From positions 42,447 to 66,446 of the forward strand of contig JBGVQS010000027.1 in assembly GCA_045127595.1 (NCBI GenBank): 24,000 bases of DNA, written 5' to 3'. How positions within the stretch are numbered: position 1 is the stretch's first letter; each line of letters opens with the position of its first letter. The notes under the pieces are model-generated. The model did no database searches. It was not told the DNA's origin and saw nothing but the letters and a program-made list of their open reading frames with translations. Below are positions 16,742 through 23,960 of the stretch, one piece after another. The position numbers and the translations under genes were made by a program. Source of the stretch: Candidatus Scatosoma sp. GTDB taxonomy: Bacteria; Bacillota; Clostridia; Christensenellales; Borkfalkiaceae.

Positions 16742-16750
16742 GGCATAAAT

Positions 16751-17464
16751 ATGATTTACGATATTGCAGGTCTGCGGATAAAAATTGAAAATCAATATTC
16801 TTTCACGGATAATTTTTGCAAAGCCTACCTTTCGGAAGATCAATCTTCCCCCAGTGATATTATTGCTGCGGTAACCCAAGAAGAATTTGCGGAAGAAAAA
16901 GAAAAAAGCGAAGGTTTTTCAGACGGATATATTGAAAATATTTGTTTGTATCGCTCGATTTGTTTGCAACTTCCCAAATTTAATCGTATGCTTTTGCATG
17001 CAGCGATTCTCGAATGCGACGGAAGCGGTTATGCATTTTTAGGGAAAAGCGGCACGGGGAAATCTACGCATACGCGATTGTGGTTACAGTATTTACCGCA
17101 ATCCTTTATTGTAAACGGCGACAAACCGATTTTAGAATTTACGGATCATGGCGTTTTTGCCTACGGTACGCCTTGGATGGGAAAAGAACGTTTCGGCAGG
17201 AATACGAAAACGGAACTGAAAGGGCTTTGCTTTTTAGAACAGGCGAAAGAAAATTCAATCGAAAAATTATCCGTTACAAAAATTGCGGCAAGATTATTCA
17301 TTCAGATTCTTTTGCCGACCGAAGAAAAAGCGGCTACGCGGACGTTAGAACTCGCAGACGAGTTGGTGATGCGCGTGCCGGCGTACTTATTGAAATGCGA
17401 TATTTCCGAAAAAGCGGTTGCAACGTCTTACGAAGCATTGACGGGAAAAGCTTATAACATTTAA
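16751..17464 (+). CDS. HPr kinase/phosphorylase C-terminal-domain-like P-loop protein (HprK-related)
   Basis: LLHAAILECDGSGYAFLGKSGTGKSTHTRLWLQYLPQSFIVNGDKPIL lines up with the HprK block LHGVL..YGVGVLITGxSGVGKSExALEL..RGHRLVADD..EI as I recall it. The protein is 237 aa and has no other recognisable domain. Confidence 0.6.
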   Translation: MIYDIAGLRIKIENQYSFTDNFCKAYLSEDQSSPSDIIAAVTQEEFAEEKEKSEGFSDGYIENICLYRSICLQLPKFNRMLLHAAILECDGSGYAFLGKSGTGKSTHTRLWLQYLPQSFIVNGDKPILEFTDHGVFAYGTPWMGKERFGRNTKTELKGLCFLEQAKENSIEKLSVTKIAARLFIQILLPTEEKAATRTLELADELVMRVPAYLLKCDISEKAVATSYEALTGKAYNI

Positions 17465-17483
17465 AAAAATACGGAGGAAACGT

Positions 17484-17747
17484 ATGAAGATAAAAAAAGG
17501 ATTTGTTGTTCGCGTTGTTGGCGGCGAACACGTTGTCGTACCGGTTGGGGAACTTAGCAAAACCTTTCACGGTATGATCAATTTAAACGGAACGGGCGCG
17601 TTTTTATGGAATTTCTTCACGCAGGATCATACGGTAGAAGAAGGCGTTGAAGCACTTTGCGCTGAATACGACGTTGCGGAAGAAAGAGCAAGAGAAGACG
17701 TGGAACGTTTTGCACAAATTATAACGGCGAACGGATTTACGGAATAA
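17484..17747 (+). CDS. PqqD-family protein (RiPP recognition element-type peptide chaperone)
   Basis: 87 aa. The pattern LNGTGAFLWNFF...TVEEGVEALCAEYDV..ERAREDVERFAQIITANGF matches the PqqD pattern (LN.tg..iW..l....t.eei...l...y.v....a..Dv..fl..L...g). A GGAGGA RBS is present. Confidence 0.75.
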   Translation: MKIKKGFVVRVVGGEHVVVPVGELSKTFHGMINLNGTGAFLWNFFTQDHTVEEGVEALCAEYDVAEERAREDVERFAQIITANGFTE

Positions 17748-18214
17748 TGGAAGCACAGCAAACAAAAAATATAGAAAGCGTACTTTTGGAAAAGGGCGTG
17801 TATATTGGTCCAACCGTTGGGGTAAGTATGCTACCCATGCTAAAAAATAGGCGGGATACAATCGTTGTTCGTCCCAAAACGGGAAAATTGAAACCGTTGG
17901 ACGTTGCGCTTTATCGGCGCGGAGAAGCTTACGTTTTGCACCGTGTTTTGCGGCCGACGGATAGCGGATATATTATCCGCGGCGATAATTGCTATTCCGA
18001 CGAAAACGTGCCGGAAGATTGCGTAATCGGCGTTTTAACCGAGTTTTTCCGTAAAGGAAAGCATATTGATTGTACGGACGAAAAATATATCGCTTACGCA
18101 AAAAGACGTGTGAAAACTTATAAATTTCGCCGTTTTTTTGTATTATTAAGAATGCGAACCGTCGGATTAATAAAGAAAATTGTAAGAGTTTTTATTAAAA
18201 AGAAAAAGGACTAA
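17747..18214 (+). CDS. S24/S26-family serine peptidase, ER/SipW-like Ser-His signature, no predicted TM segment
   Basis: It has box-B-like GVSMLPML, box-D-like YVLHRVL (His where bacterial SPase I and LexA have Lys) and box-E-like RGDNCYSDE. The start overlaps the PqqD stop (TAATG). Confidence 0.65.
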   Translation: MEAQQTKNIESVLLEKGVYIGPTVGVSMLPMLKNRRDTIVVRPKTGKLKPLDVALYRRGEAYVLHRVLRPTDSGYIIRGDNCYSDENVPEDCVIGVLTEFFRKGKHIDCTDEKYIAYAKRRVKTYKFRRFFVLLRMRTVGLIKKIVRVFIKKKKD

Positions 18215-18216
18215 TT

Positions 18217-19896
18217 ATGAAAAAGGCAAAAGGCAAAGCAAAACTTTGGTTGAATAGAGAGATGCGCCCTTATCGCGTGTCTATTTTATCTTTGACCGTT
18301 TTGGGCTCGATTGCCACTCTTTCTACGTTGGCTTTTGCGTATTTGGTTCGTTATTTGATAAATACTGCGGCAGACGGTGATAAAAAGCTCTTATGCATTT
18401 TTTCCGCCGTTGCACTGGGGCTTTTACTACTGAAAATTTTTATTAGGACGTTTGATTCCTATTATGCAGAGAAATTGCGTTCAAAAATGGTTTCATCCTT
18501 GCGTACAAAAACATTTTCAAGGGTTTTACGCTCGGAATATGCAGGCTTGCAAGGGTATCACAGCGGAGATGTTTTAAACCGCTTAACTTCTGATATAAAC
18601 GAAGTTACGGTAGATACGGTAGGTTTTTTGCCGACTGTAACGGGCATGATTTTACAGTGTGTCGGCGCGGTAGTTGCATTATTGACGATTGATCCTTTGT
18701 TTACGTGTATATACGTGGTTTGCGGATTGATTTTTGGCGGCCTTGCAACACTGTTTAGAAAACGAATTAAAAAATGTCATAAAGAAGTCATGGAAGCAGA
18801 CAGCGCGTTCCGTGCGTTTATGCAAGAAAGTTTAGGCGCTACTATGACCTTAAAGGCATATGGTGCGGAAGGGCGTGTGGAAGAAAAAACGGCTCAAATC
18901 GCCACGGAATATTACGAAAAACGCAAACAAAGAAATATTTTGCGGGCAATAATGAGCGGTTTATTCAGCTTATTGAGTAATTTTGGGTTAATTTTTGCCA
19001 TTGTTTGGTGCAGTTTTAGCGTTTTAAAGGGCAATAACGATTTTGGCTCTATTTTATCCGTTATTTTGTTATTGATGCAATTCCAGCAGCCTTTGACTGC
19101 TTTTTCGTCCGTTTTGCCTGTATATTATGCTCGATTAGCAAGCGCGGAACGCATTTTAGAATTAGAAGAAATTCCTAAGGAAGATTTAATTTCTCAAGAT
19201 GATAATGCGGCTGATTATGAGAACTTACAGGAAATCGTCTTTGAAAATATTGATTTTTCCTACGGCCGTGAAATTATTTTTGAAGATGCAAGTGTTCGGT
19301 TTAAGAAAAAGGAAATCATATGCTTGACGGGTATGTCGGGGGCAGGCAAAAGCACGATCTTTAAGCTATTGATGAGCATTTATAAACCGAATAAAGGGGG
19401 AATTTTGTTGTTGGGGACATTTGACGGCGCGGAAAAAATTCCTTTAAATGAAACTTCTCGTGCTTTATTTGCCTACGTTCCGCAGGGGAATTTTCTCTTT
19501 TCAGGAACGATTTATGAAAATATAAAATTTTTTGCTGAAGAACAAAAAGAGGATAAACTTTTGCAAAAAATCAAACAAGCCCTTTCTGCGGCTTGTGCGG
19601 ACTTTGTTTGGGAATTGCCTGACGGCTTGCAAACCTCTTTAAACGAAGGCGGGGCAGGGCTTTCCGAAGGGCAGTTGCAACGTCTTGCCGTCGCGCGTGC
19701 ATTGTTGTCCGAACGTCCTATTTTGCTTTTGGACGAAGCTACGTCGGCACTTGACGCGGATACGGAAAAAACGTTGCTTGAAAACATTAAAAACTTTACG
19801 GATAAAACCTGTTTAATCGTTACACACCGTCCTGCTGCATTACATATTGCCGACCGTATCATTACGATCGAGAACGGTAAAATTCGAGCAAAATAA
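18217..19896 (+). CDS. ABC exporter, fused permease-ATPase (type I exporter half-transporter)
   Basis: 559 aa. The N-terminal TMD has about 6 hydrophobic segments. The NBD has Walker A GMSGAGKST, signature LSEGQLQRLAVARAL, Walker B ILLLDEATSALD and H-loop IVTHR. There is no C39 peptidase domain. Confidence 0.9.
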   Translation: MKKAKGKAKLWLNREMRPYRVSILSLTVLGSIATLSTLAFAYLVRYLINTAADGDKKLLCIFSAVALGLLLLKIFIRTFDSYYAEKLRSKMVSSLRTKTFSRVLRSEYAGLQGYHSGDVLNRLTSDINEVTVDTVGFLPTVTGMILQCVGAVVALLTIDPLFTCIYVVCGLIFGGLATLFRKRIKKCHKEVMEADSAFRAFMQESLGATMTLKAYGAEGRVEEKTAQIATEYYEKRKQRNILRAIMSGLFSLLSNFGLIFAIVWCSFSVLKGNNDFGSILSVILLLMQFQQPLTAFSSVLPVYYARLASAERILELEEIPKEDLISQDDNAADYENLQEIVFENIDFSYGREIIFEDASVRFKKKEIICLTGMSGAGKSTIFKLLMSIYKPNKGGILLLGTFDGAEKIPLNETSRALFAYVPQGNFLFSGTIYENIKFFAEEQKEDKLLQKIKQALSAACADFVWELPDGLQTSLNEGGAGLSEGQLQRLAVARALLSERPILLLDEATSALDADTEKTLLENIKNFTDKTCLIVTHRPAALHIADRIITIENGKIRAK

Positions 19897-19927
19897 AAAA
19901 ATGAACTCCTCGGAGTTCATTTTTTTT
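19897..19927. terminator. Bidirectional rho-independent terminator shared by the ABC exporter operon and the AraC gene
   Basis: Perfect 9-bp stem ATGAACTCC (19901-19909) / GGAGTTCAT (19912-19920), with an A-run before it and a T7 run after it. Confidence 0.85.
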
Positions 19928-20813
19928 ATTTAATGCTAGCTCTATATTCGCTTGGGGTTAATCCTACGTGTTTTTTAAATATGCACGTAAAGGTTGATAT
20001 TGAATCGAAGCAAAGACTGTCTGCAATGTTACCGAAAGATATATTTTTTCGTATCATTTTTTTGGCTTCGTCAATTTTCAGTTTTAAGTAGGTTTGATAA
20101 ATGCTTTTGCCTGTCTTTTCACGGAAAAAAGTGCATAAATGGGTTGTGCCATAATGCAATTCGTCGCTTAAATCGCTTAATTTAAATTTGCCGTGTATTT
20201 TTGAGCGTAATATACGTACAATTTCATCTTCCAACTCCGAAGAATCGGCAATTTTTGATACAAAAAACTCTTGGGAGGCTTGGTTATTGTCTTGTAATCG
20301 CAATAAGTAAATCAATAACAATTCCAAAGAATTTTTTAATATTTGTTCTCCTCCCAAATTCGGGTTTTCTTTTAATTTCAATTCCGTTAAATTCGGATCG
20401 AATTCAGGAAGATTAAACGTTCCAAGGGCTTCACTCATAATATTTTGCAGTAAATAACGAAAGTTTTCGGGTACGGAGAACTTTTTATCAATGAAATATT
20501 GCATAGATTCCGAACGGCAACTGAACGAAATGATAAACAAGTTCGGTTCTTTGTCGCCACTTTCAACAAAATGCGGTTGATTCGGCTTGATAAAAATAAT
20601 TTCGCCTTGCTTTAATTGTACGTGCTTGCCGTCGATAATAACAAAAATATCTTCCTTGTCTGCATAATTGATTTCCCAAAAATCATGTTTTTCTTCGGGA
20701 AAGGAATAATTTTTTTCCAATGCTTGATAATGGATCGTTACAATTTTTTGCACGTTTAACAAGTTGGAAATTTTGTGCATATAAAATTTTTTCGCAGGAA
20801 TTTTTGTGTTCAT
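19926..20813 (-). CDS. AraC-family transcriptional regulator (N-terminal cupin, C-terminal HTH)
   Basis: The cupin core reads GEIIFIKPNQPHFV. The C-terminal AraC double-HTH includes HYGTTHLCTFFREKTGKSIYQTYLKLKIDEAKKMI...FDSISTFTCIFKKHVGLTPSEYR. I set the start to ATG 20813 (MNTK...) because the longer track ORF begins at TTG and would run through a strong promoter. Confidence 0.85.
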   Translation of the reverse strand: MNTKIPAKKFYMHKISNLLNVQKIVTIHYQALEKNYSFPEEKHDFWEINYADKEDIFVIIDGKHVQLKQGEIIFIKPNQPHFVESGDKEPNLFIISFSCRSESMQYFIDKKFSVPENFRYLLQNIMSEALGTFNLPEFDPNLTELKLKENPNLGGEQILKNSLELLLIYLLRLQDNNQASQEFFVSKIADSSELEDEIVRILRSKIHGKFKLSDLSDELHYGTTHLCTFFREKTGKSIYQTYLKLKIDEAKKMIRKNISFGNIADSLCFDSISTFTCIFKKHVGLTPSEYRASIK

Positions 20814-20819
20814 ACCCGT

Positions 20820-20848
20820 ATTATAGCAAATCCAAAAACATTTGTAAA
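20820..20848 (-). promoter_or_regulatory. Strong sigma-A promoter of the AraC gene; geometry implies a leaderless mRNA
   Basis: On the - strand: TTTACA (20843-20848), 17-nt spacer, TGCTATAAT (20820-20828). The ATG at 20813 starts 7 nt after the -10 and no SD can fit. Confidence 0.5.
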
Positions 20849-20925
20849 ACGTTTCAAGCAAATATTTGATTTTTTCATATAAAAAAACTGTGAAAGAATT
20901 CCAAACAAAAGAGAAAAATTTTCTA

Positions 20926-20954
20926 TTGTAATTTTCTGAAAAAAATTGTATAAT
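20926..20954 (+). promoter_or_regulatory. Putative promoter of the NahK-like gene
   Basis: TTGTAA (20926-20931), 17-nt spacer, TATAAT (20949-20954). An AGGAGA RBS precedes ATG 20983. Confidence 0.45.
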
Positions 20955-20970
20955 GTTAAAAAATTTATAG

Positions 20971-22047
<1,077 letters not shown>

Positions 22048-22051
22048 TACG

Positions 22052-22079
22052 AAAAACACCGTCGGTTGACGGTGTTTTT
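22052..22079. terminator. Bidirectional terminator between the convergent nahK-like and HAD phosphatase genes
   Basis: Stem CACCGTC (22057-22063) / GACGGTG (22068-22074) with loop GGTT, flanked by A5 and T5 runs. Confidence 0.8.
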
Positions 22080-22579
22080 CAATATAAATTTAAAATTTCA
22101 TCAAAGCGATTAAGAATGGGAACGTCGGGATATTTTTCGCGGACAACAGAATGTTCGTTTGTTCCATAACCCGTCATAACGAGTATAGCTTGCGCGCCTA
22201 CGTTTTTTGCGCAAAGTACGTCGCTTTCTCGATCCCCGACGACCAAGCATTCATTAAGGGGGATTTTTAGCTTTTGTGCGGCACGCAAAAGCAAACCACT
22301 TTTAGGCTTTCTGCAATCGCAATGGTCTGCGTTATCGTGCGGACAAATTTCCCATACGTCTACACCGTAAGAATCGAATTCTTTGGCATAATCGTAATTT
22401 TTTGCCGTACCGCGCGCAATACTTGATTGATTTGTAATAATACCAACGAAATAACCGCGTTTTTTTAATGTGTGAAAAACTTCAGCGATATCGCAAAAAG
22501 GGGAAAAGGTTTCAGGAAAACGTTTATCTGATAGCTCGCCAAGCGTACCGTCCCGATCAAATAATATACATCGTATCAT
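22079..22579 (-). CDS. HAD-IIIA family phosphatase, GmhB (D,D-heptose 1,7-bisphosphate phosphatase)/histidinol-phosphatase-like
   Basis: HAD motif I is FDRDGTL, motif II is ITNQS and motif III/IV is VGDRESD. The Zn-binding insert CPH...CDCRKP is typical of GmhB-type enzymes. Confidence 0.8.
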   Translation of the reverse strand: MIRCILFDRDGTLGELSDKRFPETFSPFCDIAEVFHTLKKRGYFVGIITNQSSIARGTAKNYDYAKEFDSYGVDVWEICPHDNADHCDCRKPKSGLLLRAAQKLKIPLNECLVVGDRESDVLCAKNVGAQAILVMTGYGTNEHSVVREKYPDVPILNRFDEILNLY

Positions 22580-22697
22580 TATGCACCTATAAAAATATCT
22601 ATTTTGATTATATCATTATAGGCTGATATTGTCAAGCAATAAAAAATCTATAAAATTAAAACGAAGAATTTCTAATATGGCTACGCGCTTTTTAAAA

Positions 22698-22726
22698 TTT
22701 AAATTTGCAAAAAACGGTGTTATAAT
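22698..22726 (+). promoter_or_regulatory. Putative promoter P1 (extended -10) upstream of the toxin-like gene leader
   Basis: TTTAAA (22698-22703), 17-nt spacer, TGTTATAAT (22718-22726). Confidence 0.4.
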
Positions 22727-22780
22727 AGTATCGTGGAATTGAAAAAAAATCGATTCTCGGACGTTCTATTTTCTTCTCAG

Positions 22781-22812
22781 CCCCGTTTGTCTTATTGGAC
22801 GAGCGGGGTTTT
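22781..22812 (+). terminator. Intrinsic-terminator-like hairpin inside the leader (attenuator, or 3' end of a small RNA)
   Basis: 11-bp stem CCCCGTTTGTC (22781-22791) / GACGAGCGGGG (22798-22808), including 2 G-U pairs, with loop TTATTG, followed by TTTT (22809-22812). Confidence 0.5.
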
Positions 22813-22824
22813 ACATGAGAAGTA

Positions 22825-22853
22825 TTGACAAACAAGACGAGGTGTGGTACAAT
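22825..22853 (+). promoter_or_regulatory. Near-consensus promoter-like element P2 overlapping the RBS and start of the toxin-like gene
   Basis: TTGACA (22825-22830), 17-nt spacer, TGGTACAAT (22845-22853). It ends 1 nt before ATG 22855, so its role is unclear. Confidence 0.35.
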
Positions 22854-22854
22854 T

Positions 22855-23271
22855 ATGGCAGAGTTTGACGAAAGCAAGCATCCGCGTGATGAACAGGGAA
22901 AGTTTACAAACGGCAATGGAGCGACAGAGTATAGACAAAATACGCCGTATGAACAAATAAGCGGAAAACTTATTCCTGAAAAAGCGTACGGCTTTGCGAA
23001 TAAACAAAGAAAACATACAAAGGACCACGTTGCTCACGCCCAAGAAATGGGATTTAAGAATCAAGACGATTATGAAAAAGCCGCATGTGAATTTTTCAAT
23101 GGAGATAAAGGAAAACTTTATTTCGAGCCAAGAAGAAGTCGTTTTTATCGCTACGATGAAAAGAGTCAAAGAATGGCTGTATCGAGCAATGGCATTATTC
23201 ATACTTTTCTTTTTTATGATAAAAAGAAATTTGAAAAAGTAAGAAAACAGGAGGGATTAAATGATTTATAA
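22855..23271 (+). CDS. Hypothetical protein with an N-terminal KHPR-x4-GKF motif and a His-rich toxin-like C-terminal domain
   Basis: 138 aa counted from ATG 22855, with a GAGGTG RBS at 22839-22844. The supplied track starts at TTG 22825. Motifs are ESKHPRDEQGKF and HTKDHVAHAQEMGF...YEKAACEFF...FYRYD...GIIHTF. The local GC content is low. No family is confidently recognised. Confidence 0.6.
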   Translation: MAEFDESKHPRDEQGKFTNGNGATEYRQNTPYEQISGKLIPEKAYGFANKQRKHTKDHVAHAQEMGFKNQDDYEKAACEFFNGDKGKLYFEPRRSRFYRYDEKSQRMAVSSNGIIHTFLFYDKKKFEKVRKQEGLNDL

Positions 23272-23473
23272 AGTGAAATGTCCGATTTGTGGGACATTAT
23301 TTGAGGGTGGTTCTTTTGATAATTGCCCGAAGTGTGATTGGTGTTATCAAGGAATTGAAGGTGAGTTAGATAAAGACGAATATGATGAGGCGAACCACAC
23401 TACGATTGCAAAAGCAAAAGAAAATTTCTCGAAAGGATTAGATAAATGGGGTGAACCGTTATCTAAAAAATAG
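23261..23473 (+). CDS. CPCC-family cysteine-rich zinc-ribbon protein
   Basis: 70 aa. The pattern CPICG-x11-CPKCDW...DEANHTTIAKAKENFSKG fits the CPCC-domain pattern (CPCCG...CPvCfWeDD...aN..sL.eAr.nf). A strong AGGAGGGA RBS is present, and the start overlaps the upstream ORF by 11 nt. Confidence 0.7.
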   Translation: MIYKVKCPICGTLFEGGSFDNCPKCDWCYQGIEGELDKDEYDEANHTTIAKAKENFSKGLDKWGEPLSKK

Positions 23474-23510
23474 TATAAACTAACTATTACGTATAAGTAT
23501 TAAGTAAGTA

Positions 23511-23563
23511 TATAATAAAATATATATTATATAATAATAAATATAATAAATAATAATAAAAAA
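23511..23563. repeat. 53-nt tract of pure A/T low-complexity sequence
   Basis: Positions 23511-23563 contain no G or C and consist of TATAATAAAA / ATAATAATAAA-type iterations. Degenerate AAGTA repeats at 23491-23510 precede the tract. Confidence 0.8.
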
Positions 23564-23696
23564 CAAAGCACAGTGCAGATAATAAAATGCACCGTACTTT
23601 TTTCATACAAGTAAACTTGATAGATGTTAAGGATATTACTTCCCCAAAAGCAACATTTTTTAGTAACTTTTGCATAGACCATACACAAATGCAAAC

Positions 23697-23746
23697 AAAA
23701 ACGCCCGTATTTAAGCGTTAAAACCGCTAAAAACGGGCGTTTTTGT
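23697..23746. terminator. Bidirectional terminator between the CPCC gene side and tRNA-Leu
   Basis: Stem ACGCCCGT (23701-23708) / ACGGGCGT (23733-23740), extended by an A4/T4 flank. T-runs follow on both strands. Confidence 0.7.
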
Positions 23747-23748
23747 AT

Positions 23749-23834
23749 TGGTGCCGAAGGTGGGACTTGAACCCACACGGTATCGCTACCAATGGATTTT
23801 GAGTCCATCGCGTCTGCCATTCCACCACTTCGGC
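23749..23834 (-). tRNA. tRNA-Leu (anticodon CAA), class II with long variable arm, CCA encoded
   Basis: The reverse complement reads GCCGAAG-TG-GTGGAATGGCAGACGC-G-ATGGA-CTCAAAA-TCCAT-TGGTAGCGATACCGT-GTGGG-TTCAAGT-CCCAC-CTTCGGC-A-CCA. The 7-bp acceptor stem, 5-bp anticodon stem, 5-bp T stem and TTCAAGT T-loop all pair. Confidence 0.93.
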
Positions 23835-23853
23835 AACGATTAACAGCTTATTT

Positions 23854-23882
23854 ATTATACTCAATCCATAAAAAAAAATCAA
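23854..23882 (-). promoter_or_regulatory. Sigma-A-type promoter of tRNA-Leu
   Basis: On the - strand: TTGATT (23877-23882), 17-nt spacer, TATAAT (23854-23859), about 20 nt upstream of the tRNA 5' end. Confidence 0.55.
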
Positions 23883-23931
23883 GCGTTTGCACAAGGTTTT
23901 TTATAAAAAATTAAATATTTTTTTAATTCTC

Positions 23932-23960
23932 TTGCGATTTTTTTTATTTCGTGGTAAAAT
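23932..23960 (+). promoter_or_regulatory. Promoter for a gene starting at the window edge
   Basis: TTGCGA (23932-23937), 17-nt spacer, TGGTAAAAT (23952-23960). AAAGGA at 23979-23984 and ATG at 23995 follow, and the CDS is cut off by the window end. Confidence 0.45.

Noticed and set aside
17014-17457. 147-aa + strand ORF in an alternative frame of the HprK-like gene
   Set aside because: The Arg/Lys-rich translation has no motifs and no RBS. The overlapping frame carries the P-loop block and fits the tight operon spacing.
16583-19896. Calling the PqqD/HprK-like operon a lasso-peptide cluster
   Set aside because: The window contains no Asn-synthetase-like cyclase (C protein) and no transglutaminase-like leader protease (B2). 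The candidate peptide also lacks an obvious lasso core layout, so only the partial analogy is retained.
22792-23202. 136-aa - strand ORF opposite the toxin-like gene (and 22692-22916 -)
   Set aside because: The translation is hydrophobic and Cys/Phe-rich, typical of antisense reading of AT-rich coding DNA. The + strand ORF has an RBS, a recognisable motif and a translationally coupled downstream gene.
23571-23604. Possible weak terminator (GTGCA...TGCAC followed by TACTTTTTT) after the CPCC gene
   Set aside because: The stem is only 5 bp and the T-run is displaced by 5 nt. The much stronger bidirectional terminator at 23697-23746 is the more likely functional element.
22580-23748. Classical tRNA-linked genomic island or prophage remnant
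   Set aside because: There is no integrase or recombinase gene, and I could not find a direct repeat of the tRNA-Leu 3' end near 22580-22850. Only the weaker statement of a low-GC accessory module at a tRNA locus is kept.
23487-23820. Two - strand ORFs (62 and 97 aa) across the A/T tract and tRNA
   Set aside because: One is the translation of a pure A/T repeat (YYYLLYLLLYNIYFIIYLL) and the other reads through the tRNA-Leu gene. Neither is credible coding sequence.
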